Below are positions 8,833 to 15,605 of a DNA stretch of 24,000 bases, piece after piece; the first letter of the stretch is position 1; every line of letters begins with the position of its first letter. The DNA is from an uncultured archaeon (GTDB lineage: Archaea; Nanobdellota; Nanobdellia; Pacearchaeales; GW2011-AR1): contig CAWJRC010000002.1 of NCBI GenBank assembly GCA_963845205.1, positions 296,214-320,213 of the forward strand, read 5' to 3'. The notes under the pieces are model-generated. The model was given only the letters and a program-made list of their open reading frames with translations, made no database searches and had not been told where the DNA came from. The translations under genes and the position numbers were made by a program.

Positions 8833-8905
8833 TGCCCCGTCCGGGATTCGAACCCGGGTTTCAGCCTTGAAAGGGATGTGTCCTTGGCCTCTAGACTAAC
8901 GGGGC
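8833..8905 (-). tRNA. tRNA-Glu (anticodon UUC), 73 nt, no encoded CCA
   Basis: Hand fold of the reverse complement: GCCCCGT TA GTCT AGAGGCCAA GGAC A CATCC CTTTCAA GGCTG AAAC CCGGG TTCGAAT CCCGG ACGGGGC A. The acceptor and T stems are perfect; the anticodon stem has one T-C mismatch. Confidence 0.85.
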
Positions 8906-8932
8906 AATAATAATTAAAACAGAGAAAAATAG

Positions 8933-8941
8933 TTTTTAAAG
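8933..8941 (-). promoter_or_regulatory. TATA-like box upstream of tRNA-Glu
   Basis: The minus strand reads CTTTAAAAA about 28-36 nt upstream of tRNA position 1, which fits archaeal TATA spacing. The AT-rich background makes this weak evidence. Confidence 0.3.
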
Positions 8942-8956
8942 CTTTATTAGATAGTT

Positions 8957-8968
8957 TTTTAAATAAAA
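8957..8968 (+). promoter_or_regulatory. TATA-like box upstream of the sigma-factor gene (implies a leaderless or very short leader mRNA)
   Basis: TTTTAAATAAAA is centred about 23 nt upstream of the ATG at 8985. No Shine-Dalgarno-like purine run lies between them. Confidence 0.25.
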
Positions 8969-8984
8969 TTTTTCGTCTTTATTT

Positions 8985-9821
8985 ATGTCAAAAATTAATA
9001 GGAATAACAATAATTTAATCAAGATTTATTTGAAAGAAATAGGCAAATATCCTCTTTTAACTCATGATGAAGAAATAGAATTAGGCAAAGCAAAAGAAAA
9101 TAACAAAGAAGCTTCTCAAAAATTAATAAATTCTAATCTGAGGTTAGTTGTAAGTATAGCAAAATATTATCAAAGAAGAGGACTTCCTTTGGAAGATTTA
9201 ATCTCGGAAGGAAATACTGGACTTATGGCTGCAGTTGAAAAATATGATTATAGTAAGGGTTATCGATTCGCATCTTATGCTGTTTGGGACATAAAACAAA
9301 AAATTTTGAAAGCACTTGCAGAACAACCAAAAGGCATAAAGATTCCTTTTAATAAACTATGTGACTTATCAAAAATTAATAAACTTCTTTACAATAAAGA
9401 TCCCTCGAAATTGGGAAATATAGAACAAATAGCAAAAACACTTAATATTGAACCTGAGTTTGTTAGCTATCTTCTTAAGATCTCAAAAGAAACTATTTCT
9501 CTTGATCTCCCTGTTGAAAGTGATTTTGGAGAGCAAAATCTTTTGGAGGATAAGATCTCTCAACAACCTGCGGAATCAGCAATAAACAATTATTTGAAAG
9601 ACGATATCAACAATGTACTTAAGGATCTTTCCCCAGAAGAAATGGATATTATAGAAAAAAGATTTGGCCTTAATGGAAATTACCCCCATACACTGGAGGA
9701 TATTGGCAAAGAATACGATCTAACAAAAGAGAGGATAAGGCAGATTGAAGAAAAGGGGTTAAGAAAATTAAAAAGCGATACTTTTGTTAAGGAAAAATTA
9801 ATTTCTTATTTAGAAGAATAA
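8985..9821 (+). CDS. Sigma-70 family RNA polymerase sigma factor (regions 1.2, 2, 3 and 4 present)
   Basis: Region 1.2: [22 protein letters not shown]. Region 2: [57 protein letters not shown]. Region 4.2 HTH: [28 protein letters not shown]. Confidence 0.85.
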   Translation: MSKINRNNNNLIKIYLKEIGKYPLLTHDEEIELGKAKENNKEASQKLINSNLRLVVSIAKYYQRRGLPLEDLISEGNTGLMAAVEKYDYSKGYRFASYAVWDIKQKILKALAEQPKGIKIPFNKLCDLSKINKLLYNKDPSKLGNIEQIAKTLNIEPEFVSYLLKISKETISLDLPVESDFGEQNLLEDKISQQPAESAINNYLKDDINNVLKDLSPEEMDIIEKRFGLNGNYPHTLEDIGKEYDLTKERIRQIEEKGLRKLKSDTFVKEKLISYLEE

Positions 9822-9836
9822 AGATAAGGGGATATT

Positions 9837-9873
9837 CAAAAGATTCATTTTTTGAAGTCTTTTGAAGTTTTTT
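9837..9873 (+). terminator. Weak A/U-rich hairpin plus oligo-T tracts downstream of the sigma-factor gene
   Basis: CAAAAGATTCA (9837-9847) pairs with TGAAGTCTTTTG (9853-9864) with one bulge and loop TTTTT, followed by T6 at 9868-9873. The oligo-T tracts alone could act as an archaeal terminator. Confidence 0.3.
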
Positions 9874-9952
9874 CCTTCATAATCTGCACTTCAATTTTTT
9901 CTAATTTTGAATATTTAACATTAACTTTTGGATATATAATCCAAAAAGAAAA

Positions 9953-10075
9953 TGAGCCTACACGGATTTGAACCGTGGACCCCCGCCTCTCTTAGATTTT
10001 TCTAACGAGAGAGTCAATTCTAACGAATTGAAATCATATAAGAGCGGTGCTCTGACCAGGCTGAGCTATAGGCTC
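9953..10075 (-). tRNA. tRNA-Ile (anticodon UAU) with a 48-nt canonical intron
   Basis: Hand fold: GAGCCTA TA GCTC AGCCTGGTCA GAGC A CCGCT CTTATA[intron]A GGCGG GGGTC CACGG TTCAAAT CCGTG TAGGCTC A. The acceptor, D and T stems are fully Watson-Crick paired; the anticodon stem closes with one G-T wobble (T31-G39). The anticodon TAT lies at 10040-10038. The + ORF 9968..10165 is a shadow of this gene. Confidence 0.85.
9989..10036 (-). other. Archaeal bulge-helix-bulge tRNA intron at position 37/38
   Basis: Exon C32-T33-T34-A35 pairs with intron TAAG (central 4-bp helix). 3-nt bulges TA|T and AG|A carry the two splice sites. Intron 5' GATTT pairs with intron 3' AAATC (inner helix). The anticodon stem forms the outer helix. 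Confidence 0.8.
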
Positions 10076-10102
10076 GTTTACATTCATTTAGCTAATTTTA
10101 AC

Positions 10103-10111
10103 TATTTAAAA
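10103..10111 (-). promoter_or_regulatory. TATA-like box upstream of tRNA-Ile
   Basis: The minus strand reads TTTTAAATA about 28-36 nt upstream of tRNA position 1. Confidence 0.3.
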
Positions 10112-10132
10112 TTTCTTATTCATCCGACAAAA

Positions 10133-10142
10133 TTTATAAATA
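10133..10142 (+). promoter_or_regulatory. TATA-like box upstream of the large surface-protein gene
   Basis: TTTATAAATA is centred about 25 nt upstream of the ATG at 10162, consistent with a leaderless transcript. Confidence 0.3.
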
Positions 10143-10161
10143 TACAAACACTGAGATTACA

Positions 10162-13100
10162 ATGAAAAAGAAGGGGGGAATTTTCTTATCTATTTTGATA
10201 TCAATTCTTATTCTTAATTTTGCATCTGCTGCAATCGGAAATTCTTTACACCTAAATATTCAGACGATAAATTCAACAGGAGGGGTGATTACAGGAACAT
10301 TTAACTTTGGTTTTAACATTTCCACTACAAGTGATTGTAATGCTACAAATGTTGTTTATGCAAATGCTTCAACTCTTACAACAGACTCACGAGGGATAAT
10401 TTCTTATTATTTAGACAATGTAAACATTAATTTTTATAGCCAATATTACTGGCTTTGTTATTACAGGAACGGGGTTTTGATAAATTCTTCAAAAATTGTA
10501 GGAATTCCTTATTCTCTTGCTTCTCAAAATACAACTTTAAGCGGTGTAAAGGTTGATAGCAATTTAGTTATGGGAACTTACAATATAACTTCTTCCTGGT
10601 TCTTTGGACTTTTTTCCTGGCTTGTAAACAATGATGTATCTCAAAATTATTTATCATTTAACGGTTCAACTTTAAGCTTTAATGAAACAAAATTAAATAA
10701 TACAATCGATAATATAGCAGCTGTTTTTGGGAATGCCTCTTGGAATCAAAGTTTTGCAAATACATTATATGCAACTATTGGAACTACTAGTGGAAACTTA
10801 TCTTGGAATCAATCATTTGCTAATGGATTGTATGCACCAAATACCACTGCTGGTATTCAATACTTGATTAACTCAACAGGAATTTATTCACAAGGGGGGA
10901 ATGCCTCTTGGAATCAAAGTTTTGCAAATACATTATATGCAACTATTGGAACTACTAGTGGAAACTTATCTTGGAATCAATCATTTGCTAATGGATTGTA
11001 TGCACCAAATACCACTGCTGGTATTCAATACTTGATTAACTCAACAGGAATTTATTCACAAGGGGGGAATGCCTCTTGGAATCAAAGTTTTGCAAATACA
11101 TTATATGCAACTATTGGAACTACTAGTGGAAACTTATCTTGGAATCAATCATTTGCTAATGGATTGTATGCACCAAATACTACAGCAGGGATACAATTTC
11201 TGATTAATGGAACAAATGTGAATTTCTTAAATGTTAATGCAAGTGGAGAAACGATAAATGGAAATTTGACTGCAACTAATTTTATAGGAAACGGGGCATA
11301 CCTTACGGGGATAAGTGGAGGTAGTTCATTCCCTTGGATTAATAGTACAAGTTATGTTCAATTAAACTCTTCTGCAATTCAAGCACTTAATGTTTCTAAT
11401 TTCTTGTTTGTAAATTCAACTAATGTTGGAATAAATGTAACTAGTCCAATATATGAATTACAATTAGGAAATGCAGGAAATGCATTGAATGTTTCAGGAG
11501 TTTTGTATGTTAATTCAACGAGCGGATTTGTTGGGATAAATCAAACAAGTCCGAGTTCATTGTTAGATGTTGGAGGGTCAAGTGGGCAAATTGCACAATT
11601 TGGTGATGCTGGAGGTTTATCCAATCAAAATTATATAACTATAGGGGGAAGCGCCATGTTTGGGTATGATGGAACAACAGATGATGCAGCAATTCAGGGA
11701 ATTTCCGGGAAAGGTATAGAATTTAATGTAGGCAATACTACTTTTGGAGCTAGCAGTTCAACAGCAATGGTAATAACATCTGGGGGGGATATCGGTATTA
11801 ATACAACGAGTCCGACAAATGAATTAGATGTTGGCGGCACAGGAGTTTCTGGAGCGGCTATCTATGGAAATGGAAGTAATCTTCCTTACGCTGTTGGGGT
11901 TTATGGAAGGGGAGATAGTAATATTGGGGTTGAAGGTGTTGGTAGTACTGGAGTTTGGGGAATTGGTAGCATTGGAGTTCAAGGTAGTGGAACTAGCTAT
12001 GGGGTTTATGCCAATGGTGCAGGTGCTTATGATTTCTATGCTGCAAATGCTACAGGAGAAAGTTACTTTGCGGGGAAAATAGGAATAAACGTGAGCAGTC
12101 CAATCTCTTTATTAAGCATAAATGATGCTGGAAATTCTTCATCAAGTTTGTATTCTTACAACGGCCAAACTGGTGGTATAGGAATTTTTGCAAATTCTTC
12201 AAATGCTGGGGGTGTGGGAATATATTCTTACGGCGGAGACAAAGGAGTATTAAGCTATGGAACGAATTATGATTTTTATGGAGGAAATCCTTCGGCATCA
12301 AATTATTTTGCAGGAAATGTAGGTATTGGTAGTGCTACAAGTCCGGTTGCTCCTTTAGATATTTATAATGGGGCGGATCATTTAGCATTATCTGTAGGAT
12401 TAATAAATTCTACAAGAGGTACTAATGGAATGTGGATAACTTCTAGTGCAGATATAAAATTAATTACAGATCAAGCTAAAACGGGTTCATTTGCTGATGT
12501 AGGATTTTATTATCAAAATTCAACAAATCCTAGAATTTATTTTAGAACAAATGGAGATTCTTATTTTAATACTAGCGGAAATGTAGGAATAGGAACAACA
12601 AGTCCAATATCGACATTAAGTGTAGGGGGGAATGGACTTTCTAATGCAGAAATTTATGGTTCTTATAGTTCTGCAGTAGGGGGAGGTTATGGTGTTTATG
12701 GAACCAGTTCTGGTACTGGTGTTCAAGGAATTACCACTGGGAATACTTCTGTTAATTTTGGGGGAAATTTCAGTGCTCCCAACGGAAATTATGCAGAAAT
12801 GGCAACAGGAAATGGTTATGGAATTATTGCAAAATCATCTGGGAGTGCTTATGGGGTTTATACTAATTCATTATATGTTACAACAGGACCTTCACACATT
12901 GAAGGAACACTTTACGTTGCAGGAGGATATGGGAATATTCAATCTGGAGATGTTGCAGAAGATTTGCAGACAATAGCAGGAAGAAATGCAGCATTATGTG
13001 CAGGAAATGTGTCATGTATGGTTAATGATTACAAAAAAGAAGACTTGTCTTATGGGGATGTTGTCTGCATTAATCCAAATTACGGTGAGACAATAATGCT

Positions 13101-13404
13101 CTGCAATGAATCTGATTCAGAATTAGTCGCAGGAGTAGTATCAAATACTTCAACAATAGATATGGGAAGTAATATCTCATTTTCTTATCCAATTGCAGTT
13201 GCAGGAATTGTTTACACAAAGGTTCTTGCAGGAAGCGAAGGAATAAAGCCTGGAGACTTATTAGTTTCAAGTTCTGTTCCGGGATATGCAATGAAAGCCC
13301 CTGCAAACTGGACAGAAGGGACAATATTGGGAAAGGCTTATGATTTCTGCGACACAAGATATTATACTAACTGCACAATACCTATGTTTGTTGCATTAGA
13401 ATAA
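10162..13404 (+). CDS. Large secreted, sequon-rich surface protein (putative S-layer / adhesin-like glycoprotein, tail-fibre-like repeats)
   Basis: Signal peptide MKKKGGIFLSILISILILNFASA. About 56 N-X-S/T sequons by hand count. Six copies of a [VI]GI[GN]xxSPxxxLx[VI] motif (for example VGIGTTSPISTLSVGG). Gly/Ser/Asn/Tyr-rich composition. Distinct Cys-containing C-terminal ~170 aa. Confidence 0.85.
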   Translation: MKKKGGIFLSILISILILNFASAAIGNSLHLNIQTINSTGGVITGTFNFGFNISTTSDCNATNVVYANASTLTTDSRGIISYYLDNVNINFYSQYYWLCYYRNGVLINSSKIVGIPYSLASQNTTLSGVKVDSNLVMGTYNITSSWFFGLFSWLVNNDVSQNYLSFNGSTLSFNETKLNNTIDNIAAVFGNASWNQSFANTLYATIGTTSGNLSWNQSFANGLYAPNTTAGIQYLINSTGIYSQGGNASWNQSFANTLYATIGTTSGNLSWNQSFANGLYAPNTTAGIQYLINSTGIYSQGGNASWNQSFANTLYATIGTTSGNLSWNQSFANGLYAPNTTAGIQFLINGTNVNFLNVNASGETINGNLTATNFIGNGAYLTGISGGSSFPWINSTSYVQLNSSAIQALNVSNFLFVNSTNVGINVTSPIYELQLGNAGNALNVSGVLYVNSTSGFVGINQTSPSSLLDVGGSSGQIAQFGDAGGLSNQNYITIGGSAMFGYDGTTDDAAIQGISGKGIEFNVGNTTFGASSSTAMVITSGGDIGINTTSPTNELDVGGTGVSGAAIYGNGSNLPYAVGVYGRGDSNIGVEGVGSTGVWGIGSIGVQGSGTSYGVYANGAGAYDFYAANATGESYFAGKIGINVSSPISLLSINDAGNSSSSLYSYNGQTGGIGIFANSSNAGGVGIYSYGGDKGVLSYGTNYDFYGGNPSASNYFAGNVGIGSATSPVAPLDIYNGADHLALSVGLINSTRGTNGMWITSSADIKLITDQAKTGSFADVGFYYQNSTNPRIYFRTNGDSYFNTSGNVGIGTTSPISTLSVGGNGLSNAEIYGSYSSAVGGGYGVYGTSSGTGVQGITTGNTSVNFGGNFSAPNGNYAEMATGNGYGIIAKSSGSAYGVYTNSLYVTTGPSHIEGTLYVAGGYGNIQSGDVAEDLQTIAGRNAALCAGNVSCMVNDYKKEDLSYGDVVCINPNYGETIMLCNESDSELVAGVVSNTSTIDMGSNISFSYPIAVAGIVYTKVLAGSEGIKPGDLLVSSSVPGYAMKAPANWTEGTILGKAYDFCDTRYYTNCTIPMFVALE
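10731..11234 (+). repeat. 3 x 168-bp in-frame tandem repeat inside the surface-protein gene
   Basis: Unit starts (gaatgcctcttgg...) at 10731, 10899 and 11067. Units 1 and 2 are identical by eye over all 168 bp. Unit 3 is identical for about 113 bp, then diverges. Each unit encodes 56 aa: NASWNQSFANTLYATIGTTSGNLSWNQSFANGLYAPNTTAGIQYLINSTGIYSQGG. Confidence 0.9.
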
Positions 13405-13405
13405 A

Positions 13406-13537
13406 ATGAAACAAGAATGTTTGATATGCGGAAGGAAGTTCAGAAAACTTACAAAGGAAGATATATGTGCTTTTTGTCATAAGGAAAAATATGATGAATG
13501 GAGCAGGGAATTTATGGAGGAAAAGAAGGGAAAATAA
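13406..13537 (+). CDS. Small 4-Cys zinc-ribbon-like protein (43 aa), not in the ORF track
   Basis: My translation: MKQECLICGRKFRKLTKEDICAFCHKEKYDEWSREFMEEKKGK. It has two CxxC pairs 13 residues apart. The ATG lies 1 nt after the surface-protein stop codon. Confidence 0.4.
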   Translation: MKQECLICGRKFRKLTKEDICAFCHKEKYDEWSREFMEEKKGK

Positions 13538-13606
13538 AATGGAAAAACGTTGGAAAAAATAAAGAGAGAGGTATGAAACCAGAACCAAGCGGAGAACCAA
13601 AAGAAA

Positions 13607-14038
13607 ATGAACAGGAAACTAATCTTATTCATCATGGGAATTTTCTTAATTGGAATCATAATAGCAGAATTAATCCCTTCCAGTGCTCCTGAAACAATAT
13701 ATATCCGAGTTCTTAAAACAGATAATATAACCCCCGAAACAAATGCAATTTGCAAGGCAGATATAATAAAAAATAATGAACTAACAGAAATAAACCTTCT
13801 GAATAAAACTGATTACATGCCCCTTGACTGCTACACCAAGGAATGTGCAAATGAAAGTTATAATCAAGGATTTTACGAACTAGAAACTGGATTAAACAAT
13901 TACAGGGGAAAATTTGAAATAGATATTGTATGCATAACTCCTGTCGGAGTAAGTTACACAATTCTTAATAATACCCATATCCCTTGTGATATAGAAAATA
14001 ACGGGAAAGATGTTGTTTGTTCTAATGTCAGAGATTGA
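13607..14038 (+). CDS. Small secreted or membrane-anchored Cys-containing protein (143 aa)
   Basis: N-terminal hydrophobic segment MNRKLILFIMGIFLIGIIIAELIP, six Cys and four N-X-S/T sequons. No homology recognised. Confidence 0.6.
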   Translation: MNRKLILFIMGIFLIGIIIAELIPSSAPETIYIRVLKTDNITPETNAICKADIIKNNELTEINLLNKTDYMPLDCYTKECANESYNQGFYELETGLNNYRGKFEIDIVCITPVGVSYTILNNTHIPCDIENNGKDVVCSNVRD

Positions 14039-14072
14039 TTAAATTTTTATATTGATTTCTTCTTTACCCGTT

Positions 14073-15605
14073 ATGAGTTTCAAAAGAATGAAGACTGTAA
14101 AAATCTTCTTAGCCCTCTTGTTAATATTAATCTCCGGATTTTTTATTTATGGGGTTCATTACAGTTATTCTGGGATTATACAGGACCCGCACAGCAATCC
14201 TGTTTTTTTAAATGTCACAAATCTTAATTACCCCTTTCCGGTTCATGCAGATGAATGGACTCATCTGGGGCAGATAATTTATATTATCAACAGCAAGACA
14301 TTAGGATTTGTCAATCCCTATTCCCCTAGTTTAACAAACAACAATGAGCTGGAAGTTGGTTTTAATCTATTTCTTGCATTATTTTTCATAATCACAACTT
14401 TGAATCCTGTCCTGAGTTATCAATTCCTCCCGGCAATTTTTTTCATGATCAATGCAACTTTACTTTTCTTTTTCGTCAAAAAACTGACTAAGAATTATTA
14501 TATTGCATTATTTTCCATCTTATTTTTTCTAGCAATTCCAAGCAATATAAATTTTTTGGGAAACTGGTTTGCTGTCCCTTTAACTTTCAGCATATTTTCA
14601 ATTTATCTTTTTTTTATCTGCCTAATTGATTTTATAGAGACCAAAAAGAAAAAATATCTTGCAGGTACAATTATTTCTTATGCAGTTTCATTATGTTATC
14701 CTGTAGCAACTGTATTCATAACAGCAATCGCATTTTTTTATATCATTTCAGAAAGAGATATTTACAACAAATTAAAAAAATATAAAATCCCTTTAATATT
14801 GTTGTCTTTGTTTCTTATCGCGGCTTTAATCTTCTTAATGAATCATTTTTCTTTTTTGATATTCCCAGCTGGCTGGACGTCTGATCAATACAACTATTCT
14901 TTGATATTTTTTTACGGAATCTTGCCTACATTATTTGCATTTATCGGAGTCTATTTCGTTTTGGATAAAAAGTTTAACCGGATATTCCTTATATGGCCTG
15001 CGGTATGTCTGATCAGCCTTTTTATATTCAAAATTTTTGGAATAAGCTTTTTTATCCCCTATGAAAGAACAATGTATTACTATCTCCTAGGGCTTGTTCC
15101 ATTGGCTGCGACAGGATTTTTTTATATTCTCAAATCCCTGTACGATTTAATAGCAAAGAGAATTCCAAGGAACAAGAAAAAATTTTATTTAATCATTATA
15201 ATTATCATCACATTATTAATGTCCTTTTTTATCCTGAGAAATTATTATTCTGTTGGCGAAGACAACTTTGCAGTCATGCACTTAATTGAAAAGCAGGATT
15301 ATGACGCAATAAAATTTATTGGAGATAATTACGGAAAAGGTAAAATAGTCCTAGCAGACAATCTTATTTCAACAGCTATTTATCCAATCAGCCAGGATTA
15401 TGTTGTCGGAATTTTGAGTTCTAATCTGGGGGACGGGAATCTTACGTTAGCAGATGATTTTTTTATGGGCGATTGCGGGGATAAAGAGGAAATAATAAAT
15501 GATTATAAAGTCGATTTAGTTCTTTCAAGATTTGAGATGAATTGTGACTCTTTAAAAGAAGTCTATGATAAAGAAGGAGATTATGTTTATGAAGCTGAAA
15601 AATGA
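14073..15605 (+). CDS. Polytopic membrane protein, putative GT-C-fold glycosyltransferase (PMT/ArnT/GtrC-like)
   Basis: More than 10 hydrophobic helices. Acidic HADEW motif in the first external loop after TM1. Soluble C-terminal ~120 aa. No WWDYG motif, so not an obvious AglB/STT3. I prefer the ATG at 14073 over the track's TTG at 14052. Confidence 0.65.
   Translation: MSFKRMKTVKIFLALLLILISGFFIYGVHYSYSGIIQDPHSNPVFLNVTNLNYPFPVHADEWTHLGQIIYIINSKTLGFVNPYSPSLTNNNELEVGFNLFLALFFIITTLNPVLSYQFLPAIFFMINATLLFFFVKKLTKNYYIALFSILFFLAIPSNINFLGNWFAVPLTFSIFSIYLFFICLIDFIETKKKKYLAGTIISYAVSLCYPVATVFITAIAFFYIISERDIYNKLKKYKIPLILLSLFLIAALIFLMNHFSFLIFPAGWTSDQYNYSLIFFYGILPTLFAFIGVYFVLDKKFNRIFLIWPAVCLISLFIFKIFGISFFIPYERTMYYYLLGLVPLAATGFFYILKSLYDLIAKRIPRNKKKFYLIIIIIITLLMSFFILRNYYSVGEDNFAVMHLIEKQDYDAIKFIGDNYGKGKIVLADNLISTAIYPISQDYVVGILSSNLGDGNLTLADDFFMGDCGDKEEIINDYKVDLVLSRFEMNCDSLKEVYDKEGDYVYEAEK

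Noticed and set aside
9968-10165. 65-aa + strand ORF in the track
   Set aside because: It lies almost entirely on top of the minus-strand tRNA-Ile gene and its intron. The tRNA fold is far better supported than a low-complexity ORF.
10731-11234. Tandem direct repeats considered as a possible CRISPR array
   Set aside because: The units are 168 bp and contiguous with no unique spacers. They are in frame within a long ORF and encode a repeated peptide. No cas genes are nearby.
11828-13357. Several 83-95-aa ORFs (11828..12082 +, 12050..12301 -, 12689..12976 +, 13070..13357 -) inside the surface-protein gene
   Set aside because: They are alternative-frame or antisense shadows of a long, compositionally biased (GGN/GTN-rich) gene. 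They have no independent start context or motif.
13498-13755. ORFs 13498..13692 (+), 13382..13600 (-) and 13477..13755 (-) in the region between the surface-protein gene and the 143-aa gene
   Set aside because: They overlap each other and the better-supported 13607..14038 ORF. Their sequences are low-complexity Lys/Glu or Phe/Leu runs, as expected from AT-rich intergenic DNA.
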